DNA of 64,000 nucleotides from an uncultured Clostridia bacterium (GCA_934778215.1 CAKVOE010000002.1:105829-169828), one strand, 5' to 3'; positions 36,203-45,887 are shown, counted from the stretch's first letter. Notes: generated from the sequence alone by a model not told the origin. Made by a program: numbers and translations.

Positions 36203-36565
36203 AACCATTAAAAAATATCCAAGGATAAATTCCTTGGATATTGTTACTCCCCCACCTTATGCCGAACATTACTGTTCGGCAATTTCTAATGCAGGGGCTT
36301 TTGCCCACCGAGCAAATAGCCCCTTGCACGCCGGAAGGCGGCGGTTTGAACCCTACACAAATCTAACAATTAAAAAATATCCAAGGATAAAATCTTTGGA
36401 TTTTGTTACTCCCCCACCTTATGCCGAACATTACTGTTCGGCAATTTTTAATGCAGGGGCTTTTGCCCACCGGGCAAATAGCCCCTTGCAGGCCGGAAGG
36501 TGGCGGTTTGAACCCTACACAAATCTAACAATTAAAAAATATCCAAGGATAAATTCCTTGGATAT
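36203..36565. repeat. Tandem repeat, about 2.2 copies of a 162-bp unit. Each unit is a GC-rich three-way-junction element plus a terminator-like hairpin (tRNA-linked repeat).
   Basis: The hairpin ATATCCAAGGA-taaa-TTCCTTGGATAT starts at 36215, 36377 (degenerate) and 36539, giving a period of 162. The cores at 36242-36376 and 36404-36538 differ at 4 positions. Confidence 0.9.
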
Positions 36566-36571
36566 TTTTTA

Positions 36572-36648
36572 TGGTTGGGATTAGTGGACTCGAACCACCG
36601 ACCCCCACCTTATCAGGGTGGTGCTCTAACCATCTGAGCTAAATCCCA
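36572..36648 (-). tRNA. tRNA-Ile (anticodon GAT)
   Basis: The rev-comp reads TGGGATTTAGCTCAGATGGTTAGAGCACCACCCTGATAAGGTGGGGGTCGGTGGTTCGAGTCCACTAATCCCAACCA. Confidence 0.95.
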
Positions 36649-36688
36649 ATTTTGTTTGTTTTTACGACTTTATCAACTGTCAAAATTA

Positions 36689-36765
36689 TGGTGGAGATAA
36701 TCGGATTCGAACCGATGACCCCCTGCTTGCAAGGCAGGTGCTCTAGCCAACTGAGCTATACCCCC
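36689..36765 (-). tRNA. tRNA-Ala (anticodon TGC)
   Basis: The rev-comp reads GGGGGTATAGCTCAGTTGGCTAGAGCACCTGCCTTGCAAGCAGGGGGTCATCGGTTCGAATCCGATTATCTCCACCA. The G3:U70 identity pair is present. Confidence 0.95.
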
Positions 36766-36827
36766 ATAATGCCAAAACGAGTGTGGCGGAAATATTCTAA
36801 TGTGTCTTATTTGTTTTCGACTTAATT

Positions 36828-36856
36828 ATATTACCACCTTTTACTCGTCTTGTCAA
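36828..36856 (-). promoter_or_regulatory. Sigma-A promoter of the tRNA-Ala/tRNA-Ile unit
   Basis: Minus strand: TTGACA (36856..36851), 17 nt, TAATAT (36833..36828). Confidence 0.6.
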
Positions 36857-36874
36857 TGATTTTTATGAAAAATT

Positions 36875-38557
36875 CTAATTTTGTTTTAAAAAACTTATTG
36901 CGTTGTTAAATCTGTCTTTAACCTCTTTTTCGCCTAATAATTGCATAATTTCATAAAGGTCTGGGGTTTGACGCCTACCCGTTATGCTAACCCTAATTAT
37001 TGTAGAAAAATCAGCCACACTGCCCACAAACATTTCTGGATTTTTCTTATATTCTTTCATATCTGGGCAAAAGCCACATTCTGTCGAAACTTCCTTAACA
37101 CCCGCAAACCAACCGTCCTTATCTATATTTGTGCTAAATTTTTGGCTATATTTTTCAAGGGCTTCAACTATTTTTTCCTTTGTTATCTTTTCATAATCAA
37201 ATGCAGAATAATCATTTTTATAAAGACTATTAAACATAAAACTATAAAAAGGCACAACTTCACTAAACGTTGTAATATCCTTTCGAGGTCTATTAATGTT
37301 TTTATCCATTCCAAAAACTTTTTTGCAATAATCTTCGTTTTCAGTCAACAATTTTGCAACATCGGCATTGTACTTTTGTGCCCAATTTAAAGTTTTTTCA
37401 TACATCTCTTCGCCAGTAAAACGGCTAATAATGTTTTTGCTTACATTATCTATCTTTACTAAGTCAAAAAGTGCACCGCTTTTACTCATATTGCTAATTT
37501 TAAAATCAAACTCAGAAATATTGGCATCTGGGTGCTCCGCTCTCCATGGCTCGTAATTAGAATTAATTAAATTCATTAAATAGTCTACAATTGCATTGCT
37601 AGGGTACCCTGACTCATGAAACCACCTACTATCTGCCCAATCGTCCTTTCTTTTGCTTACCTTGCGTACATTTCCCGTTTCTTTATCTATGGTATTAACG
37701 GTTGGGGTATGTAAATATTTTGGCGCTGGCAACCCCATATATTCAAATAGTTGTATATGAAGTGGTACGCTTGGAAACCAACTTTCATCTCTAATAACGG
37801 TAGTTGTGTGCATAAGAGTATCATCAACCAAGTGCGCTAAATGATACAAGGTTTGCCCATCACTTTTTAAAATAATGTAATCATTAGAATTTACCGGAAG
37901 AACGGTTTCGCCAATTCTTAAATCTTTAAATTTAAATCTTTTGGTGCCATCTCCATTACTCTTTATTCTAATTGTAAACGGTCTACCCGCCTTCAAATTT
38001 TCTTCAACAGCCTCTAAACTTAAATCTCTGCACTTTGCCCATCTTCCATAATAACCTAGTGGCAAGCCCAATCTTTTTTGCTCGTTTGCCGAATCATCAT
38101 CAGAACCATCGCAAAAACAAGGGTAAGCAAGTCCTCTGCGTACTAAATCTTTTGCAAACGCTTGATAAATTTCCTTTCTTCGACTTTGAATATATGGCCC
38201 ATATTCGCCCTTTTCTTCATTTTCGGAAATAAACCCTTCATCAAACTCAATTCCAAACCCTTTTAATGCAGGAACAAAAATATCAGCAGCGCCAGCAACT
38301 TCTCTTTTGCTATCGGTGTCTTCATCTCTTAAAAAGAACACACCTTTTTCTTTAGAATTTGCCACCGCTCTGTTTATTAAGCATTGGTAAACTCCGCCAA
38401 TGTGCATATATCCTGTTGGACTTGGTGCAAATCTTGTAACTTCGGCGTCTTCTGGCAAGTTTCGCTTTGGGTACATCTTATAATAATCTTCGGGCGTTTT
38501 TGTGATGTTAGGGAACAACAAATCCGCCATTATCTTGTATTCATCTAGTGTTGGCAT
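36875..38557 (-). CDS. gltX: Glutamate--tRNA ligase (long form)
   Basis: RFAPSPTGYMHIGGV (HIGH region) and the KMSKS-like ISNMSKSG. Confidence 0.85.
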   Translation of the reverse strand: MPTLDEYKIMADLLFPNITKTPEDYYKMYPKRNLPEDAEVTRFAPSPTGYMHIGGVYQCLINRAVANSKEKGVFFLRDEDTDSKREVAGAADIFVPALKGFGIEFDEGFISENEEKGEYGPYIQSRRKEIYQAFAKDLVRRGLAYPCFCDGSDDDSANEQKRLGLPLGYYGRWAKCRDLSLEAVEENLKAGRPFTIRIKSNGDGTKRFKFKDLRIGETVLPVNSNDYIILKSDGQTLYHLAHLVDDTLMHTTTVIRDESWFPSVPLHIQLFEYMGLPAPKYLHTPTVNTIDKETGNVRKVSKRKDDWADSRWFHESGYPSNAIVDYLMNLINSNYEPWRAEHPDANISEFDFKISNMSKSGALFDLVKIDNVSKNIISRFTGEEMYEKTLNWAQKYNADVAKLLTENEDYCKKVFGMDKNINRPRKDITTFSEVVPFYSFMFNSLYKNDYSAFDYEKITKEKIVEALEKYSQKFSTNIDKDGWFAGVKEVSTECGFCPDMKEYKKNPEMFVGSVADFSTIIRVSITGRRQTPDLYEIMQLLGEKEVKDRFNNAISFLKQN

Positions 38558-38558
38558 T

Positions 38559-39167
38559 TTAATCTCCTTTTTTGTTATTTATTAAACTATTTTCATCTAT
38601 ATAAGTGGCTGTTAGGTCGGCTATATGCATCCAAACACAAAGCGGAAACCTTCTACAACTTTCGCTTAGCCCGTTTGCTCCACCCAAAACTCTAACATCA
38701 AAGCCACCCATATGCCAATTTATTGCAAGTGCCTCTTCTCTTGTAAGCCTAATGAACCCATTTATAATATAAACAGATTTTTCACCATGTCCATAAGGCA
38801 ACTTTTCTTCAACTGAATAATAAGGTTTTTTAACCCATTCGCCGTTTTCTTTGGCGTTTCTATAATCTATTTTATAAAAATCAATCTTACATAAATCGTG
38901 AAGCAGTCCACAAATCGCTATGGTTTCTTCTGGATATTTTTCATATCCACCATATTCGCTAACTATTAGTTTATTAAGTCTATCATAAACATTTAAACTA
39001 TGCTCGCAAAGTCCGCCCTCGTGGTCACAATGATATTTTGCACTGGCTGGCGCAATAAAAAAGTCGCTCTTTTCTAAATAAGCAATAAGTTCGTCTACGC
39101 CCTCTCGCTTAACCTTGTCTTTTAATAAACCAATAAATTTTGCCTTGTTTGTTTCGACATCGCTCAT
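38559..39167 (-). CDS. HD-domain phosphohydrolase
   Basis: H..HD pattern: HCDHEGGLCEHS ... GLLHDLCK. Tightly packed between leuS and gltX. Confidence 0.7.
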   Translation of the reverse strand: MSDVETNKAKFIGLLKDKVKREGVDELIAYLEKSDFFIAPASAKYHCDHEGGLCEHSLNVYDRLNKLIVSEYGGYEKYPEETIAICGLLHDLCKIDFYKIDYRNAKENGEWVKKPYYSVEEKLPYGHGEKSVYIINGFIRLTREEALAINWHMGGFDVRVLGGANGLSESCRRFPLCVWMHIADLTATYIDENSLINNKKGD

Positions 39168-39206
39168 AAATATTTTTCCTTTTTACAAATTTTAAACTTT
39201 TAATAA

Positions 39207-41627
39207 TTATACAACAATATTAAAAATCTTGCCCTTTACATAAATTATTTTTTTAGGTTCGCTTGTTAAATATTTTGCTATTTCTGGAACTTCTTTTGCA
39301 ACGGCAACAATCTCTTCTTGTGTAGCATCTTTATTAACCTTAACCACTCCACGAAGTTTTCCATTTATTTGAATAGGAATATCTATTTCGTCTAATTGCA
39401 ATTTACTTTCATCATACTCCGGAAAACTCTCGCCTGCAATATCTTTGCCAAAAACAATCTCATACAATTCACTTGTTAAATGTGGAGCAAGCGGGTTAAG
39501 ACAGATTAAAAATTGTCTTAATTCTTCACGAGTTATAAACCCATCTTCTTTAATCTTTTTCATAAACTTCATACAAGCACTAATTGCGGTATTAAGTTTT
39601 AAATTTTCGTAGTCTTCGCTAACCTTTTTAATTAATGTGTTTAATTCAAACTCATGTTCAGCCGAAACACCATCGCCCTTTATCATATCTTGAAGTTTCC
39701 AAACTTTATCCAAAAAGTTTTTAATTCCGTCTATGCCATTAAATGTCCAAATGCAATTATCTTCGTATCCCGCCAAAAAGTGCAAATGCATTCTTGCAAC
39801 ATCAGCGCCGTATTTGTCTATAACTTCTAGCGGAGAAACGCCATTTATTGAACTTTTGCTCATTTTTTTGCCTTCGCTATCCAAAATTAGACCACTACCC
39901 ATCTTTCTTGCAAAAGGGTCACGGGTTGGCACAGCCCCAATTTCGTACAAAAAGTTTTGCCAGAAGAATGCATAAAGCACATGTCTGGTAATATGCTCCG
40001 TTCCGCCAGTATAACAATCTACACTGCCCCAATATTTTAATTTATCAAAATCTGCCAACTTTTCGTTGTTGTGTGGGTCGGTATACCTTAGCCAATACCA
40101 ACTAGACCCCGCCCAGTTTGGCATAGTGTCAGTTTCGTGTCTTGCAGGACCACCGCAATTAGGACATATTGTATTAACCCACGAATCAATTTTTGAAAGA
40201 GGCGAATCGCCTTTTGCGTTAGGCAAATAGTCGTCAGTTTCTGGCAAAACCAATGGTAAATCTTTTTCGTTTATTGGAACAATTCCACATTTGTCACAAA
40301 AAACCACAGGGAATGGCTCACCCCAATATCTTTGACGGTTAAATGGCCAGTCTTGCATTTTGTAGTTAATTTTACGCTCGCCATAACCATTTTTTACAAC
40401 AAAGTCGGCAATGGCTGGCTTTGCGTCTTTTACCCGCATTCCACTAAACTCGCCCGAATTCATTAATTTTGAATTGTTTTGCAAATAGTCTTGCTTTTCT
40501 TCGGCCTTTGAAGAAATGTCCCCTTCTATAACCTGAATTAGTGGAATATTAAACATTTTTGCAAATTCGTAATCTCTTTGGTCGTGAGCAGGAACAGCCA
40601 TAACAGCACCTGTTCCATAATTTGCTACAACAAAATCACCTAAATATATCTTAACCTTGTTCCCGTTAACGGGGTTTACACAGTAAACACCTTCTAGTTC
40701 TACACCCGACTTGTCTTTAACTTGACTAATTCTTTCAAACTCACTTTTAAGAGTGGTCTTTTCTTGATACTCTTTAACTTTATCTAAATTTGTTATGTAC
40801 GGACTTAGTGTATTTACTAATTTATTTTCAGGAGCCATAACAACAAAGGTTACCCCAAATATGGTTTCAATACAGGTGGTAAAAATTTCTACCACGCCAA
40901 CTTCTTCGTTGGTGCTATTAAAAACTTTAAACTTAACCTGCATTCCTTCGCTCTTTCCTATCCAGTTGCGTTGAGATTCTTTTAAACTCTCTGCCATATT
41001 GATTCTATCCACATTGTCTAGAAGCTTCTCTGAGTATTCCTTCATTTTTAAGAACCAAACATCTCTATTAACTTGTATTACATCACTTCCGCAACGGTCA
41101 CACTTTCCTCCTTGACTGTCTTCATTAGACAAAACCGTTTGACATTTTTCACAAAAATTAACGGTGCCATTTTTTTTGTATGCCTTGCCATTTTTTAATA
41201 GTTGCATAAAAATCCATTGTGTCCATTTGTAATAGTCTGGGTCTGATGTGCAGATTGTTCTTGTCCAATCAAAACTTAGCCCTATTTTTTTTACTTGGTT
41301 TAGGGCATTTTTCATTCCTTCTTCTACAAATTTGCGAGGGTTTATTCCCTTTTTTATTGCTGCATTTTCTGCTGGCAACCCAAAAGCGTCCCCACCTATT
41401 GGAAACAAAACATTATAACCTTTTAGTCTTTTGTATCTTGCAAGAGCATCAGCCGGAACAGAACCCTTTAAATGCCCCATATGCAAATTACCGCTAACAT
41501 TAAAAAACTCATATAATACATAGTATTTAGGTTTTGTAGGATGAAAATCTACCGCTTTAAACGATGGTTCATCTTCCCACCTTTTTTGCCACTTTTCTTC
41601 AACTTCCTTAAAATTGTATTCTTTCAT
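39207..41627 (-). CDS. leuS: Leucine--tRNA ligase
   Basis: 806 aa with HMGHL (HIGH), KMSKS, and the zinc-knuckle CEKC..CDRCG. Confidence 0.95.
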   Translation of the reverse strand: MKEYNFKEVEEKWQKRWEDEPSFKAVDFHPTKPKYYVLYEFFNVSGNLHMGHLKGSVPADALARYKRLKGYNVLFPIGGDAFGLPAENAAIKKGINPRKFVEEGMKNALNQVKKIGLSFDWTRTICTSDPDYYKWTQWIFMQLLKNGKAYKKNGTVNFCEKCQTVLSNEDSQGGKCDRCGSDVIQVNRDVWFLKMKEYSEKLLDNVDRINMAESLKESQRNWIGKSEGMQVKFKVFNSTNEEVGVVEIFTTCIETIFGVTFVVMAPENKLVNTLSPYITNLDKVKEYQEKTTLKSEFERISQVKDKSGVELEGVYCVNPVNGNKVKIYLGDFVVANYGTGAVMAVPAHDQRDYEFAKMFNIPLIQVIEGDISSKAEEKQDYLQNNSKLMNSGEFSGMRVKDAKPAIADFVVKNGYGERKINYKMQDWPFNRQRYWGEPFPVVFCDKCGIVPINEKDLPLVLPETDDYLPNAKGDSPLSKIDSWVNTICPNCGGPARHETDTMPNWAGSSWYWLRYTDPHNNEKLADFDKLKYWGSVDCYTGGTEHITRHVLYAFFWQNFLYEIGAVPTRDPFARKMGSGLILDSEGKKMSKSSINGVSPLEVIDKYGADVARMHLHFLAGYEDNCIWTFNGIDGIKNFLDKVWKLQDMIKGDGVSAEHEFELNTLIKKVSEDYENLKLNTAISACMKFMKKIKEDGFITREELRQFLICLNPLAPHLTSELYEIVFGKDIAGESFPEYDESKLQLDEIDIPIQINGKLRGVVKVNKDATQEEIVAVAKEVPEIAKYLTSEPKKIIYVKGKIFNIVV

Positions 41628-41821
41628 TGCTATTCATTCCTTGTAAATTAATGAGTTTATTTTATCACAACGGCCTTGTAACTTCAAGTGTTTTTAATAA
41701 CAATTAGCATTAATACCTTGCTTTTAAAAAAATTTTGTAACAACAAATATCTGCTTATGCTTGTTTAAAAATTTTTTGTATGATATAATCAAAATTGCTA
41801 ATCGAATAAAAGGAGATTGTA

Positions 41822-42949
41822 ATGGATTTTGACATTTTAAACAGAATTAGTGATGCAGAAAACTATAAACTAAAACTCGGCTTGACAATGATTTTAATAA
41901 ACGCCAGCCAAAACGGAGAACTAAAAGTAAAAAGAAATAAAAATGTATATAATTTTTGCATCAACGAAATAAAAAAATTAACTCTTGCACTAGATGATAG
42001 CAAGGGGTTTAAATACAATGATGAGATTTTGTCCTACGGCGAACAACTCTTTCATTTACTAATAGTTACCGAAGTTATTGATGAAGACAATTTACCTCTT
42101 TTGCAAAATTTTTCTAATGTTGTTAAAAAGTTTCGTGGGCCAATTAACACCATATTAGAATTAGGCAAAAAAAAGGAATGCGACCAAAAAGCCGCCGACA
42201 AACTGCTTGCCGAAATTGAAAAAATGAAGGACATTGACCTTAAAAACTGCACATTTGTGCAACTATTAGAGCAAACACGTGAAGATCAACTACATTTTGA
42301 ACCAACTGCAAAAAAGCAAATTGCTGATTACATTTTTGACAAATTAAAAGATGGCGAAAAGTGTTATCCCGCACTTACAGAAGACCAAAAATACACCCTA
42401 TTCATTTTATCCGACCTTACATTTTTTTACGATACCGAAAACACCGAAAAATTAATGCTAGACCTTGCAAAATTCGATGACGAATTTGTTTTTGCTACAA
42501 TAAGATACCAGTTACATAAAAATAAAGAACCCGACACCGATATGCTTACAAAACTCGCAAACAATTTAGAGTACGGTGCTCTCTTGTATGGTCTTCTTGG
42601 CGGATACAAGCGAACCGACCTGTTTCCTGCAAACATTAATAACCCTACCTATCTTGCGAAAAGTGCGTTGGTGCATTGGCTTGCCTACCCAACAGAATTG
42701 GGTCAAGTACCTGACAAAATAGAATTTTTGGGTGTTAAGTCTGTTAAAAAAAGAGATTATTATATTTACAAATTTATGACAAACAGCGAAAATCTTGAAA
42801 GCGACAGAAGAAATGTTTGGCTTGTTGGTTGGGGAAATGCACAAGGCGGAACATTTAGCAACTTTGACAAACTCTCTGACTTTGAATGCAATCGCAAAGA
42901 AAAAACACTTAAACTTATTAAAAAGTCTATAATTAAAACGGGCATATAG
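41822..42949 (+). CDS. Hypothetical protein (375 aa), no recognised domain
   Basis: Clean ORF with RBS AAGGAG, its own promoter-like TATAAT upstream, and a terminator at about 42970-43003. Confidence 0.5.
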   Translation: MDFDILNRISDAENYKLKLGLTMILINASQNGELKVKRNKNVYNFCINEIKKLTLALDDSKGFKYNDEILSYGEQLFHLLIVTEVIDEDNLPLLQNFSNVVKKFRGPINTILELGKKKECDQKAADKLLAEIEKMKDIDLKNCTFVQLLEQTREDQLHFEPTAKKQIADYIFDKLKDGEKCYPALTEDQKYTLFILSDLTFFYDTENTEKLMLDLAKFDDEFVFATIRYQLHKNKEPDTDMLTKLANNLEYGALLYGLLGGYKRTDLFPANINNPTYLAKSALVHWLAYPTELGQVPDKIEFLGVKSVKKRDYYIYKFMTNSENLESDRRNVWLVGWGNAQGGTFSNFDKLSDFECNRKEKTLKLIKKSIIKTGI

Positions 42950-43122
42950 CAAATTATTTTGCAATAAAAAGCCATTAAGCATTTATTTGTTTAATGGTTT
43001 TTTCTTTTTGTTAAGTAGTTGTAGTTTATACTTTCGCAAAAGCCTATAAAACACCAACAAGTTATGGTGTCACAAAATAAAGGGAAACCAGACATTATCA
43101 ATCACTTTTTTGTTAAAAACAC

Positions 43123-43150
43123 TTGAAATATTTACATTTTGTGGTAAAAT
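43123..43150 (+). promoter_or_regulatory. Sigma-A promoter of the 807-aa orphan gene
   Basis: TTGAAA (43123-43128), 16 nt with TG, TAAAAT (43145-43150). Confidence 0.5.
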
Positions 43151-43178
43151 TATTACAATAAAAACTTTGGGGGAATGT

Positions 43179-45602
43179 ATGGTAGAAAATTCATATAACG
43201 CAAATTTTGAAAAAGACACCGTTCAATTATTAGCAACCGTTAATCAAATTTATGACCGCATTATTAATTCTCGTGATGGTAAAAATTTAAAAGGAGCCGA
43301 AAAAGAAGCTTATAAAAAGGAAATTTTTAAGCAAAGGGATATTCCTGCTTGCTTTGCGTATATTGTAACCCGTCTTCTAAATTACAACGCAAAACGCAGT
43401 ATTAACTTGTTAAACACCTCAATTTCAAACGGAACAGCAATTTATTTGTCCGATTTATGTGACAACTGTTTTGATGAAGACACCCTAAAATATATAAAAA
43501 ATCACGATTTGCTTGGTTTACATATATTAAAACTTGATTTAGACGCAAAGTCAGACGAACTCGTACGCTTATTATCTCCCGGCAAAAACAGAGAAAAAAG
43601 ATATTCTAGTTTGCGACAAAAAATAGTGGCATCAACCACCGAAGACGAAAAGAAGGCACACGCTATTGCCTTTTTGGCAGGAAAATCGGCAAATCAAAAA
43701 TTTTTATCGGGCATTCATACCAACGGACGAGGCGAAAAATTAAACACCATAGATGAAAAACTTAAATTTTTGTTTCCTAATTTAGATATTACACTAACTC
43801 CTACCAAAATTAGCATCGCTTCAAGCAAGCAATTAGAAAGCAATGTGTTGACTTTTAAAAACGCCTACAACAAGTTTATGACCGAACCAAAAATAAGAGA
43901 AAACGCCATACAAACTCTAAAACGCCAAAACTTGCCACCAACTGATGAAGCGGTAAACTATCAATTACTAATAGATTTTGGCAAAACCCGAGCATTTAAA
44001 TTTGTTTACAAAGAGTTTTACTCAGATATACCCGAAATATCTTCTGTTAGAAAAAAGGTTAATGATGCAAAATTAAAGGTTAGAAATATGTCGCAAGGGC
44101 TTAGCAAAAAACTAAGCGAACTGATTTTTGACAAAACAATTGTTAGCGAAGTTAAAAACTGGTTTTTGGTAAACTATAACCTACCTAACCCTACTGATAA
44201 ACAAATTGCGACCATAATCATTGCCGACATTACAAAATATTTAAAAGAAAACGACCGCCATATTCAAGAATTGTCAAGAAGTTTTATTTCTTCAATAGAT
44301 TCTAGAACTCCATCTTTTAGTAACAATGTAATAAAACACACTTTTGCGCTTTTGGGCTATGACGACTTAAATAGTGACGACATAAAAGAAATTAAAGCCA
44401 CTGCAAGAAAGCACGCTAAGGTGCAACTAAAACAAAAGCCAAAAGGTTTGCCAACGGTTTCCGCTTCTCAACAAAAAAATATAATCAACAAGGTTTGCAA
44501 CTTGTTACAAGACGACCAAATTAGAAGCCGAGCCGAAGCCGACCTAAAAGCCATACTTAAAAGTAAACCACATTTAAAAATGAGCGTAAACGAATCTTCT
44601 ATAAGTGGGCGTATTTTAGATGGACTAAGAGCATATAACCACAGTTTGTATGTAACAATTTCTGATAGCAATATCGCAGGTCTTGGTGTTGGCAGTGTTC
44701 ACGAAAAATTAAAAGCGCTTGGATTTAATTTTGAAAGCGTTCCTAAAAATACCGACATTGTACTAGAAAACTTCGAAAAAGCCAACAAAGATGATGATTT
44801 TCGAAAACAACTATTACAAAAGGCATACTCTGCCGGCTACGATGTAGACCTTTCGTTAGAAAATTCTGACAAACGCTCATTAAACAACAAACCGCTTGCT
44901 CTATACTTAATAAACAAAGAAACAAAAAATTTAAATGCTGACCAAATGCGTTTAGTAACCGAAAAACTAGGGCTTACAGAACTTTACCAGCACGCCCTAA
45001 CAACACCAAAGGCGTCATTAAAGTTAAATGAGGGTTTAGTTCAAAACTTTTTGGCTATAAATAGCAAAATAAGGTTATCTCCTGACGGAAAAATTTTGAA
45101 TCCCGAAAGCATTGATATGCTAACCAGCTTTTCGCGAGATGCACAAAAAGCGTTTAACACTACCCGAAAATATACGCTTTTTGCCTTTGCCGAAGACCAC
45201 TCTCTAACACAAAATAATATAGATACCATCACAAAAACGGGGAAAATTTCTGGCATACACACAAGTTACGCCTATTGTAATCAATTAAGAAATCTTGCCA
45301 CACTATTTAATGGCGACCTTGATTACACCATTGGTGTTTTGTTTAAGCGTAACCGTGACCTAGGTAGCAAAACAACTTCAAGACTTGTAGACAAAATACG
45401 ATTAACTGACAAAGAAATAGACTCGTTACGCAAATTAGTTGACCAAAAGTTTAAAAAATACACTCACTCTAAAGAATTTTTGAGTACAAATAAAAACAAA
45501 CCTGTTTCTTTTGAAGACCGCTACAAAGCAGTAATAAAGTACATAGAAATCTGTCAAGAAGTATATAATGAAAATGTAGGCGAAAAACAAGAACAACAAT
45601 AA
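43179..45602 (+). CDS. Large hypothetical protein (807 aa from MVENSY), Lys/Asn/Leu-rich and predicted helical; no recognised catalytic or NTP-binding motif
   Basis: Uninterrupted ORF. Start moved downstream of the predicted promoter (RBS GGGGGA). I could find no Walker A, DExx, HNH, signal peptide or TM. Confidence 0.5.
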   Translation: MVENSYNANFEKDTVQLLATVNQIYDRIINSRDGKNLKGAEKEAYKKEIFKQRDIPACFAYIVTRLLNYNAKRSINLLNTSISNGTAIYLSDLCDNCFDEDTLKYIKNHDLLGLHILKLDLDAKSDELVRLLSPGKNREKRYSSLRQKIVASTTEDEKKAHAIAFLAGKSANQKFLSGIHTNGRGEKLNTIDEKLKFLFPNLDITLTPTKISIASSKQLESNVLTFKNAYNKFMTEPKIRENAIQTLKRQNLPPTDEAVNYQLLIDFGKTRAFKFVYKEFYSDIPEISSVRKKVNDAKLKVRNMSQGLSKKLSELIFDKTIVSEVKNWFLVNYNLPNPTDKQIATIIIADITKYLKENDRHIQELSRSFISSIDSRTPSFSNNVIKHTFALLGYDDLNSDDIKEIKATARKHAKVQLKQKPKGLPTVSASQQKNIINKVCNLLQDDQIRSRAEADLKAILKSKPHLKMSVNESSISGRILDGLRAYNHSLYVTISDSNIAGLGVGSVHEKLKALGFNFESVPKNTDIVLENFEKANKDDDFRKQLLQKAYSAGYDVDLSLENSDKRSLNNKPLALYLINKETKNLNADQMRLVTEKLGLTELYQHALTTPKASLKLNEGLVQNFLAINSKIRLSPDGKILNPESIDMLTSFSRDAQKAFNTTRKYTLFAFAEDHSLTQNNIDTITKTGKISGIHTSYAYCNQLRNLATLFNGDLDYTIGVLFKRNRDLGSKTTSRLVDKIRLTDKEIDSLRKLVDQKFKKYTHSKEFLSTNKNKPVSFEDRYKAVIKYIEICQEVYNENVGEKQEQQ

Positions 45603-45624
45603 TTAGCATAATAATTTTTACAAC

Positions 45625-45661
45625 AAAAAAGACGAAAGAATTATTTCCTTCGTCTTTTTTA
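45625..45661. terminator. Bidirectional rho-independent terminator
   Basis: AAGACGAA..loop..TTCGTCTT flanked by an A-run and a T-run, between convergent genes. Confidence 0.65.
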
Positions 45662-45665
45662 TTAA

Positions 45666-45887
45666 TTAGATGTTAAGCAATCTGAAAATGTGCTTGTTTA
45701 AAATCATAAACACAAGATCAAGAATCCAAATAATGTTCCAACCAAAAATTAATCTGATTAGGCCTGCTACAATCTTGCCTTCCATGAATCTTGTAACAAA
45801 TCCACAAACCCAAGAAGTAACTGGTATAATTGCTAGAATTACACTAACAATCCATGATAAACCAAAATAATCGCTCTTTGATGCCAT
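45666..45887 (-). CDS. Small two-TM membrane protein
   Basis: 73 aa with two hydrophobic helices. No family recognised. Confidence 0.4.
   Translation of the reverse strand: MASKSDYFGLSWIVSVILAIIPVTSWVCGFVTRFMEGKIVAGLIRLIFGWNIIWILDLVFMILNKHIFRLLNI

Noticed and set aside
36315-36350. The GCCGGAAGG(C/T)GGCGG stretch looked like the GGAA-tetraloop helix 8 of SRP (4.5S) RNA.
   Set aside because: The conserved 5' AGG is ACG in copy 1, and the 3' AGCA is replaced by (C/T)GGC. The segment pairs better with the upstream CCCCCACCTT. An essential SRP RNA would not be a diverging tandem duplicate.
36404-36425. GGUGGGGGAGUAAC (minus strand) resembles the GGGGAGUAGC box of the yybP-ykoY Mn riboswitch.
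   Set aside because: It lies at the 3' end of the unit rather than the 5' end. There is no four-way junction and no downstream regulated gene.
36203-36565. Considered whether this is a CRISPR array.
   Set aside because: The period is 162 bp with no unique spacers; the entire unit is repeated. No cas genes are in the window.
36234-36584. A 116-aa plus-strand ORF with an internally repeated protein sequence (..VTPPPYAEHYCSAI.NAGAFAHRANSPL..).
   Set aside because: It simply reads through the two 162-bp structured DNA repeats. It has no RBS, starts inside a terminator hairpin and ends inside tRNA-Ile on the opposite strand. The repeats are better explained as RNA or DNA structure.
41628-41821. 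Looked for T-box leaders upstream of leuS, and upstream of gltX via the HD gene.
   Set aside because: The spacer is only about 190 nt and very AT-rich. It has no specifier-loop/T-box (..GGTGGTACCGCG-like) sequence and no terminator/antiterminator pair.
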